Assembly: GCA_965218585.1 (NCBI GenBank)
Contig: CBDCLE010000026.1
Coordinates: 313,833-377,832, forward strand
Direction: 5' to 3'
Length of the DNA: 64,000 bases
Source of the DNA: Terriglobia bacterium
GTDB lineage: Bacteria; Acidobacteriota; Terriglobia; 20CM-2-55-15
Shown here in pieces: positions 19,376 through 30,369 of the stretch. The position numbers and the translations under genes were made by a program. A model generated the notes under the pieces. That model did not search any database and was not told where the DNA came from. It worked only from the letters and a program-made list of their open reading frames with translations. The stretch's first letter is position 1, and each line of letters starts with the position of its first letter.

Positions 19376-20182
19376 TCAGTCGATCAAGTTCCCCGATCCG
19401 ATCAGTCTCTGGAACGCAAGCTCCTCTTCAGGCACGCAGTAGACCTGCTCATCCCAGTCGCTGTTCTTCTCACGGTTCAACTCGAAGATCTTCCGATCAC
19501 TCTCGAATGGTTCGGAGTAAACGACGGGATCGATGATCGTCATCGTGAGTTCCATCGTATCGGCGTCCAGGCGGCGGTAGCGCTCCTCCAGCCGCATCTC
19601 TCCGGAATGTGGATAACCGAACTTGTCCAGCCAGCTTCGCTCGTCTATCCCGATGGTCTCAACAACGAGTGTGTCGCCCTCCATCCGGCCGATGGAATAA
19701 CCCTGCCACCTGGGACCGAGCTCATCGATCGAGGGAAACTCCCGCCCGTCCATCCAGATTTCGCGCCAGTCATGCCGGTACTCGAAGAACTGAAATATCC
19801 GTCCCGGCGTCTGGACGATTTCAAACGTCGAGTGCGGATCCACAATCTCGACATTGACGTTTCGAGGTATGCCCGCGGGTTCGCACCGGCCAAGAGGGTC
19901 GTTTCTTTCAAGCGCTCTTCGGGGCCCATAGCCCGGTTTGTTGGCATCGTACATGGCCCGGCCTTCTTCAGTGAACGGAGCCTCCTGGGCACCGGGGTCC
20001 TCGCCGGCTGCACCCGTCGGTACATTACCGAAAGTAATGATGGGTGTCGTGCGCACCCAGTCACCGGATAAGTCACCCGGGTCGAACGAGCCCCCGGATT
20101 GAGACGCCGCCTCGGCCATGAGGGCCGGTGCACACACCGACAGCACAACAGCCACCATACTCAAAAGATTTATTCGTCGCAT
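19376..20182 (-). CDS. Uncharacterised secreted CxPxG family protein (member 2)
   Basis: CEPAGIPR, WQGYSIGRMEGDTL, HSGEMRLEER, IDPVVYSEP and YCVPEE. Confidence 0.85.
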   Translation of the reverse strand: MRRINLLSMVAVVLSVCAPALMAEAASQSGGSFDPGDLSGDWVRTTPIITFGNVPTGAAGEDPGAQEAPFTEEGRAMYDANKPGYGPRRALERNDPLGRCEPAGIPRNVNVEIVDPHSTFEIVQTPGRIFQFFEYRHDWREIWMDGREFPSIDELGPRWQGYSIGRMEGDTLVVETIGIDERSWLDKFGYPHSGEMRLEERYRRLDADTMELTMTIIDPVVYSEPFESDRKIFELNREKNSDWDEQVYCVPEEELAFQRLIGSGNLID

Positions 20183-20186
20183 CGTT

Positions 20187-20584
20187 TCACATACCCTCGT
20201 CAAGAAACTCGCCGTTCACTTCAATACGGCGAGCGAAGCCAACGGTCGGTGCCGTCCTGTGGGGAGAATAGATCAACGTGATCGTGTCGCCCGGCTTCAA
20301 TGAATCGCGAGTCCAACCTCTCCGTCGCAATCCCACCGGGGAGAGCCTCATCACCCCAGCCCATTGGACAATTTCGCCGTTCTCATCGGTATGGTCGAAA
20401 AAGACCTGGGGATGAGGGAACGTGAAGTTGAATCGCGTCACGGTTCCGCTGATCGGCCCCCGGGTCTCGTTCATGCGATATTCGACGCCGCCCCCGTGAT
20501 GGGCGAGCGTAAGACCCGAGGGAGCCGAGATCACAACTGCTGCCAGAACAGAACACAAAAAACCTTTCTCATAAGAACAGCCAT
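20187..20584 (-). CDS. DUF6152 family secreted protein (copy 2); apparent 1-nt deletion in the signal-peptide homopolymer
   Basis: TLA/HHGGG, SGTVTRFNFTFPH and GWTRDSLKPGD; the GGAGG-ATG start at 20584 is in frame only if the A6 run at 20557-20562 is A7. Confidence 0.75.
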
Positions 20585-20686
20585 CTGGATTGACCTCCTA
20601 ATTGCAGGCCGTATCGAAACCATTACCGAAAACTGGCTAAATGATAATAAAGGGGGGAGTTAGAAGCAATTAAAGTCTCCCCTAAC

Positions 20687-22288
20687 CTAGCCCGTTGCGG
20701 ACTGGTCTGAGAGGTCTGACTGGCGGGTGCCCTTCATCAACTTGAAGTGGAGACTGTCGGCAAGAGCGATCCAACTGGCCTCAATAATGTTTTCCGATAC
20801 TCCGACGGTTCCCCAAACATCTTGTCCGTCGGAGGACTCGATCAGGACCCGCACCTTTGCGGCCGTGCCGTCTGAGCTGGAAAGGACACGGACCTTGTAG
20901 TCTTCCAGATGGACCTGGTGGATATTGGGAAACTCGGCTTCTAACGCCTTGCGCAGGGCCTGGTCCAGGGCGTTCACCGGGCCGTCCCCACCCGCCACCA
21001 TGTGGTAGTGTTTCCCGTTCACCTCTACCTTCACGATCGCTTCAGCTTCGTCAGCCTCGGTTCCAATGCGCCTGTTGATTGTCCGGAACTCGACGAGCTT
21101 GAACATATCCTTGTACGTACCCTGGACGCGGCGTGCCATCAGCTCAAAAGAACCCTCGGCGGCCTCGAATTGATAGCCTTCGTGCTCACGCTGCTTGACG
21201 CGTTCGAGCACCTGTCCCACCAGCGGGTCCTTCTTGTCGATGTCGGGGATGTACCGCCGCAGCTTGTTCACGATCGTGCTGCCACCGGACTGATCCGAAA
21301 CCAGAAAACGTCGCGCGTTGCCCACCGTCTCAGGCTGGACATGTTCAAAAGAGTGCGCAACCTTCATCACACCGTCGATGTGCGCCCCGCCCTTGTGTGC
21401 AAAGGCGCTGTCTCCAACGTAGGGCTGACGATGATCGTGGGGTGCGTTGGCGATCTCGCTCAGGAATCGGGAAAAATCTACCAGGTCGTGAAGTTTGTCG
21501 GGCCCGATACTCTGCTTTCCCATCTTGAGTTCGAGGTTGGGGATGACCGAACAGAGGCTGGCATTGCCGCAACGTTCACCAAAACCGTTGAACGTGCCTT
21601 GCACCTGTGTGGCCCCCAGCTCAACTGCGAGAAGAGAATTGGCAACGGCCAGGCCGGCGTCGTTGTGGGTGTGGATACCGAAGGGCGCGTCGATGTTTTC
21701 TCGAACATCTCTGATGATACGGTCCATGTCACTGGTAAGCGTCCCGCCGTTTGTGTCGCATAAGACCAACACGCGTGCCCCGCCCCGTTGGGCAGCCAGC
21801 AGAGTCTCAACAGCGTATTTGGGATCCGCCTTGTAGCCATCGAAAAAATGCTCGGCGTCATAGACCACTTCCCGATCATTCCCCACGAGAAACGCCACGG
21901 AATCTTCGATCAAAGCGAGATTTTCTTCGAGCCGGATACCAAGAACATTTTCGACGTGCAGCGTCCAGCTCTTACCGAAGATGGCAATGCTGTCGGTGCC
22001 GGCCGCAAGCAAGGTGTTCAGTATCGCGTCTTCGTCGGCAGGGTTCGAAGCGCGCCGCGTGCTTCCGAAGGCCGTGACCTTCGCCCGAAGCCCGAGCTTT
22101 CCGACTTCTTCAAAAAAGGCCAGGTCTTTCGGATTGGTAGGATTCGGCCAGCCGCCTTCAATGTAGTGGACTCCAAGTTCGTCGAGCCTTCGCGTGATGA
22201 GGAGCTTGTCCTGGAGGGAGAAAGCAATCCCTTCGCCCTGTGCGCCATCGCGCAGCGTGGTATCGTATATTTCGACGAACTCGGGCAT
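20687..22288 (-). CDS. cimA: Citramalate synthase
   Basis: YDTTLRDGAQGEG, YDAEHFFDGY, HTHND, GERCGNA, SAFAHKGG and a LeuA-type regulatory domain. Confidence 0.92.
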   Translation of the reverse strand: MPEFVEIYDTTLRDGAQGEGIAFSLQDKLLITRRLDELGVHYIEGGWPNPTNPKDLAFFEEVGKLGLRAKVTAFGSTRRASNPADEDAILNTLLAAGTDSIAIFGKSWTLHVENVLGIRLEENLALIEDSVAFLVGNDREVVYDAEHFFDGYKADPKYAVETLLAAQRGGARVLVLCDTNGGTLTSDMDRIIRDVRENIDAPFGIHTHNDAGLAVANSLLAVELGATQVQGTFNGFGERCGNASLCSVIPNLELKMGKQSIGPDKLHDLVDFSRFLSEIANAPHDHRQPYVGDSAFAHKGGAHIDGVMKVAHSFEHVQPETVGNARRFLVSDQSGGSTIVNKLRRYIPDIDKKDPLVGQVLERVKQREHEGYQFEAAEGSFELMARRVQGTYKDMFKLVEFRTINRRIGTEADEAEAIVKVEVNGKHYHMVAGGDGPVNALDQALRKALEAEFPNIHQVHLEDYKVRVLSSSDGTAAKVRVLIESSDGQDVWGTVGVSENIIEASWIALADSLHFKLMKGTRQSDLSDQSATG

Positions 22289-22308
22289 CACAAACTCTCA
22301 AGAAAACA

Positions 22309-22336
22309 GGAAATAGGGGGTCAGAGCCCTATTTCC
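22309..22336 (-). terminator. Hairpin with U-rich tail just upstream of cimA
   Basis: Minus strand GGAAATAGGG-CTCTGACC-CCCTATTTCC followed by TGTTTTCTT. Confidence 0.5.
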
Positions 22337-22435
22337 CCAATTTAAGTCTCTGCAATTATTACGGATAGACGGATTTGGAAGCAAATCAAAGCGATAAGTG
22401 ACGGCTAGATAACGGTGGCTTAAAGGTCTGAACGG

Positions 22436-23134
22436 CTACCGGACGGCTTCGTACATGCGTTGATCGAGCGGGCTACCGGTAGTCGGTCCCAACTCGTCGC
22501 GATATTGCCGCGTGTGGTCCGCCTCCACATGGGCCTGGTGCGCCTCCTGGCTCTCCCAGGACTCGATGACCGTGAAATGATTCCCGCGCATCGCATGCTG
22601 CAGAACGTCGAACCGGCCATTCCCTTCGTCCCGACGGCCCTCCTCGGCCGCTCGCCGCAACAGGCCCTCAGGCGGAACCGCCGAATTGGGAGACACGTCG
22701 ACGTGTGAGATGACATGAACCGCCTGGCGGTCTTGGGAAGCCGTCGACGAACCGACGGTCAACGTCTTGTATGGACGCTGGTCGTAGTCGCTGATACGGA
22801 TTGGCCCGAGCGCAGCAAGGAGCTGTTCCTGGACAGCCGCCCCGCGCGTCCGGTAGGCATTCGCGTCCCGCCAGGTCTCGATGACGGCTAAATGACCCGG
22901 CGCGCCCGATTGTTCGAAAATCTCGAAGCGAACGTACCCCGGTTCTTCACTCCTGGCGGCTTCGTATTCTCTGAATGCAGCCAGCGCAGCGGCTCTGGAT
23001 GCGGCCGAAGACATCACCTCAACGTAGGACACGGTGTAGGAAGCCTCGTCTGTCGGCATATCGGCCTGTCTCTGGGTTCCGAAACCGGGTGATGCCATCA
23101 GCGTGACGACCAGCAGAAGAAATAATCGTTGCAT
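22436..23134 (-). CDS. Secreted tandem ABM (antibiotic-biosynthesis-monooxygenase-like) domain protein
   Basis: Signal peptide; two repeats, EPGYVRFEIFEQ..HLAVIETW and DEGNGRFDVLQH..NHFTVIESW..HQAH. Confidence 0.8.
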   Translation of the reverse strand: MQRLFLLLVVTLMASPGFGTQRQADMPTDEASYTVSYVEVMSSAASRAAALAAFREYEAARSEEPGYVRFEIFEQSGAPGHLAVIETWRDANAYRTRGAAVQEQLLAALGPIRISDYDQRPYKTLTVGSSTASQDRQAVHVISHVDVSPNSAVPPEGLLRRAAEEGRRDEGNGRFDVLQHAMRGNHFTVIESWESQEAHQAHVEADHTRQYRDELGPTTGSPLDQRMYEAVR

Positions 23135-23319
23135 GAGGAATCTCCGCGTATCGAGCATACTCTTCAAGCTTGGGACGGCGCCTCTTTTTTTACCACAACC
23201 AACGGCCCCGACAAACGCTGGAGTTCGCGACTCCTGCAGAGACATTTAATCCTTGTGTTGAATCGCACAGTTGAGCTGGCATGATTTGTCGTTAACTTGA
23301 ACCCGGGACGCAAGGACAA

Positions 23320-23727
23320 TCAAGTCTGCCCTCCCGTCTTCTTCTTCATGATCGGCTGTCCGTCCTGGAATGCCGGCGCTTCGATTCCCCAACTCCAATA
23401 TTTGTCGGGGGTGACCTTCAAGTGCTTCGGAGATCCACGATCCACCGGACGCTCTACGATTTCGGCTGATCCATGCATCTTGATCCCTCTCAGTTCCAAC
23501 GGATCCGTCGATGGCACATCATCGATCACCAACGCCACCTTTGTGTTGCCATTGGCCACGTTCCTATACTTGTGCGTTTTCTCCTGCTGGAATCCCCCGA
23601 TATAAAAAGCTTCACCGTCGAATTCGAACACAACCGGAGCAACGTCGGGCTGGGACGGAGTTGAAACCGTCGCGATTCTCGCCAACCGCTGGGATTGCAG
23701 ATATTCAACCTCAGACTCTGAAAACAT
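23320..23727 (-). CDS. PPOX-class (split-barrel) flavin/F420-dependent oxidoreductase
   Basis: YLQSQRLARIATV..PDVAPV and KYRNV..KVALVIDD motifs. Confidence 0.85.
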   Translation of the reverse strand: MFSESEVEYLQSQRLARIATVSTPSQPDVAPVVFEFDGEAFYIGGFQQEKTHKYRNVANGNTKVALVIDDVPSTDPLELRGIKMHGSAEIVERPVDRGSPKHLKVTPDKYWSWGIEAPAFQDGQPIMKKKTGGQT

Positions 23728-23743
23728 AACTCACCTCATCCGA

Positions 23744-23774
23744 ATTGATACTTCTCACCATTGATACTTCTCAC
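23744..23774. repeat. Tandem 15-bp direct repeat (16-bp period)
   Basis: ATTGATACTTCTCAC-C-ATTGATACTTCTCAC upstream of the PPOX gene RBS. Confidence 0.7.
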
Positions 23775-23788
23775 TCCGGGCAACAACA

Positions 23789-25988
23789 TCAATCCTCAGC
23801 GCGTATCCGATAGTCCGCCGGTGGATCAGCTCCGAGCAGGTGCCGGACGAAGTAGTCCCAGCGCCGCCGGACCATGTAAGGCTCGTTGCCAAAACCGTGT
23901 CCCCGGTTGGGCAAGACGACCAGGTCGAAGTCCTTATTTGCCGCAATCAACGCGTCGACCACCAGGAGCGTGCTGTAGAACGGAACGTTTGGTGTCCATC
24001 GTTCCGTGCGCCAGGAGAAGCTTGCCCTCCAGGTTTTCGGCCTGCAGCTGATTGGCCTGGTTGTCGTAGTTGGTTTCACCGTCTGCGTTGACGGTCAGGA
24101 GACCTTGCCATTTCTCGGCCCAGTCGTCTTCGTAGTTGCGGTTGTCGTGATTTCCGGCCTGGGAGACGCCGACCTTGAAGAAATCCGGATACTGGAACAT
24201 TGCCGCAGCCGTGGCGTAGCCGCCGCCGGAATGGCCGTAGATACCGGCTCGCTCGATGTCGATCCAGTCGTAAAGTTCCCCAAGCTGCTCCATCCCGTTC
24301 ACCTGGTCAGGGAGCGTGTTGTCGCTCATGTCTCCGTAATAGGCGTCCTGAAACTCCTTCGACCGCCACCGGGTTCCCATCCCGTCAATCTTGACGACTA
24401 CGAAGCCCAGATCCGCAAGCGCCTGAGCATCGCCCCGGGCCGCGGAGAAGCTTCGGCTCCCGACGCTGCCAGTCTGGGGTCCCGGGTAGACGTTGTTGAT
24501 GATCGGGTACTTCAGTGACTCGTCGAGGTGGGTGGGGACGAACATCAAGCCGTACAGGTCAGTCATCCCGTCTCGGGCCTTGACGCTGAACGGAATCGGC
24601 GGCCGCCAACCTTTCTCCGTGAGTCGGGAGATGTCTGCGGTTTCGAGGGTCAGGACCAGTTCTCCCTCGCTCGATCGGAGCACGGCAACCGGCGGGGCGT
24701 CCGGGCGCGAATATCGGTCGACGAAGTAACGGCCCGAATCCGAGAAAGTCACGGAATGATTGGCGTCCTCGGGCGTCAGCAACGCCGGCTCTCCGCCATC
24801 GAACCCGACCCGGTAGAGATGGATGAAATATGGGTCCCGGCCCTCGCGTCCAACTCCTTCGAAGTACAGCATTCGATTTTCGTGGTCTACGCCCAGGAGT
24901 TCGGTGACGTTCCACTCCCCACCCGTAATAGCGTGCTTCAAGCCGCCGTCTTCGAGGTCGTACATGTAAAGATGTCCCCAGTTGCTGCGCTGGGAATACC
25001 AGACGACCTCGTTGGATTCGGGCAAGAACCACCAGTTCCGAGCCCCCATGCCGGACTCGAAGAACGTGGCGACGTTCTCCTCGAACACATCACGGACGAT
25101 GCCGGTAGCCGTATCGGCGAGGCGAAGTGTTGCTCGCTTGTGATCCCTCGGTGTGGAAACGAACGCGATCTGGGAGCCGTCCTCGCTCCACTGGACATCA
25201 GCCCACCGGCCCCTGCAAACCACGTGGTCGCATACGGTGGAACGATGGGGATCCGGGTCCATCTGGAACCACACGATTTCACCTGAGACGACGTCGACGA
25301 TGAGCGGTTCGATCGTGAAGATGTCGTCGTCGCCAGGAAGCGGATACTTCCAGGCTTCCAGATTCGGGTGTCCGACTCCGGTGTCGGCCAGATACATCTC
25401 GCCCACGTTTCGCCCGTCGTGCCGGAAAGTGACGATCTTCTCCGAATCGGGCGACCACACCACGACCGGACGGTTGCTCCGAATCCATCCTGCGTTGTTT
25501 GTCGCGTAGCCGTAAGCCTCGAAGCCATCGCTGGTGAGCTGGATTTCTTCCCCGGTTCCGGTAGTGCGGACCCAGAGGTCATAGTCCCTGACAAAAATCT
25601 CCCGAGCGCCGTCGGGGGAGGCCACCGTGGGCGAGGCGCCGCCGCTATCGGCACCGGCGTCCCCGCTCTCCCTGCAGTCGTAGGCCTCGAACTGGCAGAC
25701 CCAGGTCCGGTCATCCACGTCGAACCGGATCCCGCGATCATCGTCCAGGAATTCGAACCGATTGAACCCCAGGTCGTAGGTTGAGTGCTCCATTGCCGAA
25801 GCAAGGGACAGCCCTCGGGCCAGGAGGTCGCCGGTGTTGTAACCCATGAAGCGCTCGGCATCGGCGTAATCCTGTTCGGTCAAGGCCTCGGGAGCGTACG
25901 GCTGCTGAGCTTTAAGGGGCCCCGCCGTCGCAGTCGCCAGAATCGCGCCCAGTGCGATCAGGCGGGAGGGTTTCAAGAATCGTCGCAT
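23789..25988 (-). CDS. S9B / DPP-IV family secreted peptidase (frameshift near 23989)
   Basis: YPGPQ, GIYGHSGGG, LLLAHGTMD-[fs]-NVPFYST and NRGHGF; the two ORF-track fragments join if one base is removed from the T3 run. Confidence 0.88.
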
Positions 25989-26294
25989 CGTGGATCCTCC
26001 GGCGTGCAAGATGCTGAGTACTTCGTAAGTGGCCAGGTTTGTACCTGTGCCGAAAGCGCCATATTAGCCCTAAAACGGCGTACCGGGAAGGCTGAGGATC
26101 TCCGAGTGGCCGAGTTCTATCGGACTCGGTGGCTTTACGCACCGACACTTGTCAGGTAAGAGCGTGCTTTACTGAAGCGACTTATGTTTCGTGAAACCCC
26201 ATTCAGTCGCAATCTCGGTCTGTACAGCCCTCCAGATCATATGTATCGTTATGTGTCCCGAATGTGTCCAGAACCCGACATCAAGGAGAATGAA

Positions 26295-28034
26295 ATGAAG
26301 AGCCTCAGCCTGCCAATCCTCGCGATCGCGATCCTGGCGGTTTGTTTTCCCGTCATCGCCCAGGAAGGTGAGTTCGTATCGGTTACCGATGCGATGCTGG
26401 AGAATCCCGATCCGGCCGACTGGCTGATGTGGCGCCGGACACATAACGGATGGGGCTTCAGCCCGCTGGACCAAATCGACCGCAATAACGTTAACCAGAT
26501 GCAGTTGGTCTGGACTCGGGGCCTGGAAGAAGGTGTCCACGAAGGAACACCTCTCGTCCATGACGGGGTCATGTACATACCGAATCCAGCCGACGTGATC
26601 CAGGCCATGGATGCCGCGACAGGAGATTTCAAATGGGAATACAGGCGGGAGTGGCCCGACGACCTGACCGACATGCTCAACGCGCCGCATCTGAACCGGA
26701 ATATCGCGATCTACGGTGACGTGATCATCGACACGACTGGAGACGGTTACGCTATCGGCCTCGACGCCCGGTCAGGGGATCTGGTCTGGGAAACGCTGGT
26801 CAGCGACTATCGGACCTATCCCGTCCAGCACAGCGGTGGGCCCATTGTTGCAAACGGAAAAGTCGTGTCGGGCCGAAACTGCGGATTGCAGGGCCCCAAT
26901 GGTTGCGTGATCGTCGCACACGACCCGGTAACAGGCGAGGAACTCTGGCGCACGGGAACGATACCGAAACCCGGCGAACCCGGGGACGAAACCTGGGGTG
27001 AAATCCCCTATGAGAATCGGTTGCACGTCGGTACCTGGATGCCCCCGACCTACGATGCGGAATTGGATCTCGTCTATTACGGGACGTCGGTCACTTCGCC
27101 GGCACCGAAATTCATGCTGGGTTCCAACGACAACCAGTACCTCTTTCACAACTCGACACTGGCCCTCGATATCGACACCGGCTCTATCGAGTGGTACTAC
27201 CAGCACGTGGTCGATCACTGGGACCTGGACCATCCGTTCGAGCGCCTTCTTGTGGACACGGAAGTGTCGCCGGACCCGGACGCAGTCCAGTGGATCAACC
27301 CTAACGTCCAACCCGGAGAAACGCGGCGCGTCGTCACGGGAATCCCGGGCAAGACCGGCATTGTCTACACGCTGGATCGAGAAACTGGCGAGTTCCTCTG
27401 GGCGCGGCCCACGGTCGAACAGACGGTCGTCTCCGACATCGATGGCGAGACGGGTGAAGTAACCGTGAATCCCGAGATGCTCTTCTCTGGCGCAGGCCAG
27501 CAGCGCCTGGTCTGCCCATCGACCCGCGGCGGGAAAAACTGGCCGGCCGGCAGTTACAGTCCGTTGACACATACCATGTATTTCCCGCTTCAAAACACCT
27601 GTATGAACGTGACCGCCCTTGCTGACGAGCCGATCCCGGGCAGCTTCTATGCAATCCGTATGGACACCCAGATCACTCCGGGCACGGACGATGTGGGCAC
27701 GATCCAGGCGATCTCTGTTGAGACGGGCGAGACTCTGTGGCAGTTCCAGCAGAGGGCGGCCATGCTATCGCTTCTGACAACAGGCGGCGAACTCTTGATA
27801 GGCGGTGATGCGAACGGTCGCTTCCGCGCCTTCGATCAGGACACCGGAGAAGTTCTCTGGGAGGTCAATCTCGGCGCGCCCGTCACGGGATATCCGATTA
27901 CGTACTCTGTGGATGGCCGGCAATACGTCGCCGTCAGCACCGGGACGTCCTTTGCCACGCCCAGTCTCAATCAGGTAGCCGGGGTCAATCCCCGAGTCAA
28001 CAACGGCGTTTTCGTGTTTGCTTTACCCGACTAA
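26295..28034 (+). CDS. PQQ-binding beta-propeller dehydrogenase
   Basis: Signal peptide; DWLMWRRT..FSPLDQI, EGTPLVHDGVMY, HWDLDHPFE, CPSTRGGKNW and ITYSVDGRQYVAV. Confidence 0.9.
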   Translation: MKSLSLPILAIAILAVCFPVIAQEGEFVSVTDAMLENPDPADWLMWRRTHNGWGFSPLDQIDRNNVNQMQLVWTRGLEEGVHEGTPLVHDGVMYIPNPADVIQAMDAATGDFKWEYRREWPDDLTDMLNAPHLNRNIAIYGDVIIDTTGDGYAIGLDARSGDLVWETLVSDYRTYPVQHSGGPIVANGKVVSGRNCGLQGPNGCVIVAHDPVTGEELWRTGTIPKPGEPGDETWGEIPYENRLHVGTWMPPTYDAELDLVYYGTSVTSPAPKFMLGSNDNQYLFHNSTLALDIDTGSIEWYYQHVVDHWDLDHPFERLLVDTEVSPDPDAVQWINPNVQPGETRRVVTGIPGKTGIVYTLDRETGEFLWARPTVEQTVVSDIDGETGEVTVNPEMLFSGAGQQRLVCPSTRGGKNWPAGSYSPLTHTMYFPLQNTCMNVTALADEPIPGSFYAIRMDTQITPGTDDVGTIQAISVETGETLWQFQQRAAMLSLLTTGGELLIGGDANGRFRAFDQDTGEVLWEVNLGAPVTGYPITYSVDGRQYVAVSTGTSFATPSLNQVAGVNPRVNNGVFVFALPD

Positions 28035-28097
28035 ATAGTAGCGGGCATCAATGAGAAGGCATCGGCTCCTATCGTCACCGCCGATTCTTGCAATCTG

Positions 28098-29573
28098 CTA
28101 TCGACGCGCCCGGGCACCAGACCGTTCGTCGGCCAGGCCCGCGTATCTGGATGCTCGAAATATGCCGAGGTGTTCCCCAAAAAAACCTTTGACTCTTCGG
28201 ACAGGCAAACCCATATCCGTCATCAGGTCATCGACGTAGTGAGAGATATGCGGTCCGATAAAACCCTCTGTCCCACGGTTAGGAAGATTATCGTTAGCCC
28301 AGGTGTGTACTCGATCAATGTCCCGGTTCATCTCGTCTAGGGAAGGTAGCTGAAGAGTTCCGATAAAGTGCTCGGCTAGCCAATGAGCACCGATTTCTGC
28401 AGTCAACTGGCACGCAAAAGACGATGCGTATCCTACAAAGCCTATGTCTTGTGCCGTCGGTGGCAATATCTGCCTGAAGAGCCGCAAGTATCCGTCACCG
28501 GCGATTTCGTTCTGAAGTTCCTCGCCGAGGAACGAGACGCTCTGGTGCCAACCAGTTGCGAAGATTACGACGTCAGCCGGAAGTAGTGTACCGTCACCGA
28601 GCTCGACACCGTCTCTGGTGAATCTGCTGACTGAACCACGCACCAATCGTGCGGCGTCTTCGTTTACAGCGTCATATAGGTCGCTACCGACACCGATCTT
28701 CTCGATACCCGACGGAAGGTTTTCTTCCGGAATCAAGTCTGCCGGCATCTTCAGGTCTTTGCGCCAGCCAAGAGCTATTAGTCCTCACCAGAGACGTACA
28801 AGCGGTCTGCCCACGCTATGCATTAGGCGTCCGATCCTATTGGTGTGGTAGTAACGTAGAAAGAGCGACATCAAACGCGAGGTGACCAGCCAGTCTCCCG
28901 GTATGCGCCCGCCGGGCAAGAACCTTGGCGCCATCCATTGTGGCCGCCGATATACCAAGACCGGATTTACGCTTTGTCGGGCAGCGTAGGCCGCACAGTC
29001 AAAGGCGGATTTGCCTCCACCGACGACGACCTTGTCACCCGGCTGGTAGGCCGATTCGGTCACCTCGCTTGAATGCAGGATCCGGCCCCGAAACTGGTCT
29101 ACCCCTGCAACCGTTGGGAGCTTCGGCCGATGGAAGACCCCATTGCAGACAACCACAAAGTCGAACTCGCCTTCGTAACCCGTGTTTCTATCGTCCCCAT
29201 GCCGACACCTGATCGAAAACTTGCCAGTCTGCGGGGATGAGCGGTCGACGGCGACCACCTCTTCATTGAAACGGATTCGTTCGCGAATTTCGAAGCGATC
29301 AGCATACGACTCCAGGTAACTCCGCACCTCCTCTGCACGGGGAAACAATCCCGTGCTGTCTGGATACGGATGGTCTGAGAACTCGTAGGTCTGCTTCGAG
29401 TTGTTGGTTCGTAGGCCTGGATACGTGCGTGACGGCGCCCAGGTGCCCCCTAAATCAGTGTCTTTCTCAAAAACACGGACATCAAATCCATCCTGAGTCA
29501 GGGTTTTCGCCGTGACTAGTCCGGCGATACCAGCGCCAATCACAGCCACCGTTTTCTTGTTATCTGGTGTCAT
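28098..29573 (-). pseudogene. Flavin-containing monooxygenase (FMO-like) interrupted by an in-frame TGA at 28785-28787
   Basis: GAGIAG, FRGRILHSSE, VVGGGKSAFD and IFATGW; reads LVRLW*GLIALGWRKDLKMPADL in a single frame. Confidence 0.8.
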
Positions 29574-29630
29574 CTGCTGGTCGCCTTCAGGTTCTTCTGA
29601 CCGAATACCGAATCGATTCAGTTTGACAAC

Positions 29631-30212
29631 TCATCGAGCAAGGACCTCTGACACACGTTTCCTAAGCGCCGGGAGCACGTCAGCCTCGAACCAGGGATTC
29701 CGGCGCAGCCACACGTTGTTTCTCGGACTGGGGTGTGGAAGCGGAACTCGGTGCGGCCAATAGGTACGCCACGACTTCACACGGTCGGTCAGGGACGAAC
29801 TCGCGTCACCCAAGTGGTACGCCTGGGCATACTGTCCGAGCACCAAGGTGACTTCCAACTGGGTAAGCTCGCCGAGAAGCTGCTCGCGCCAGGCAGGCAC
29901 GCATTCCGGTCGTGGCGGAAGGTCTCCGGACTTTCCTGAACCCGGAAAGCAGAAGCCCATTGGCAAAATCGCGATCTGCTTCGGATCGTAGAACACGTCG
30001 CGTGTCACGTCCAACCACTCGCGCAAACGATCTCCGCTGGCGTCATCAAACGGCAGACCCGAGTCGTGAACCTTTCTGCCCGGCGCTTGCCCAGCAATCA
30101 GCACCCTGGCGTTAGGGTGCAACTGAACGACGGGCCGAGGACCGAGCGGTAAGTAGGCCTCGCAGATGGCGCAGGCCCTAACCTCAGATAGTAACGACGA
30201 AAACTTGCTCAA
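29631..30212 (-). CDS. Uracil-DNA glycosylase superfamily protein
   Basis: GQAPG, FDDASGDRLREWL, PMGFCFPG and LPHPSPRN motifs; TTG start with GGAGG RBS. Confidence 0.9.
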   Translation of the reverse strand: MSKFSSLLSEVRACAICEAYLPLGPRPVVQLHPNARVLIAGQAPGRKVHDSGLPFDDASGDRLREWLDVTRDVFYDPKQIAILPMGFCFPGSGKSGDLPPRPECVPAWREQLLGELTQLEVTLVLGQYAQAYHLGDASSSLTDRVKSWRTYWPHRVPLPHPSPRNNVWLRRNPWFEADVLPALRKRVSEVLAR

Positions 30213-30369
30213 GTGACATGTCCCTCCAGTCTGACTCTGAGGTAGGTTGGAAACCAATTCAGAGTTTTTCTGTTTGCATGTGGCACCAGCTTATATCCGT
30301 GTGACGAAAGACTGGATGGATCTTACGGTTGAAGCTCATCCCCCGAAGCCCGGTTCGACATATCAACTC

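Noticed and set aside
16897-20071. Long + strand ORFs 16897..17859 and 19151..20071 (also 49219..50385, 53208..54335, 46012..46830)
   Set aside because: Antisense or alternate-frame shadows of well-supported genes in GC-rich DNA, with no motifs
28785-28787. In-frame TGA in the FMO gene as a second selenocysteine
   Set aside because: The context LVRLW*GL is not a redox Cys motif and no strong hairpin follows; a nonsense change from TGG/CGA or a base error is more likely
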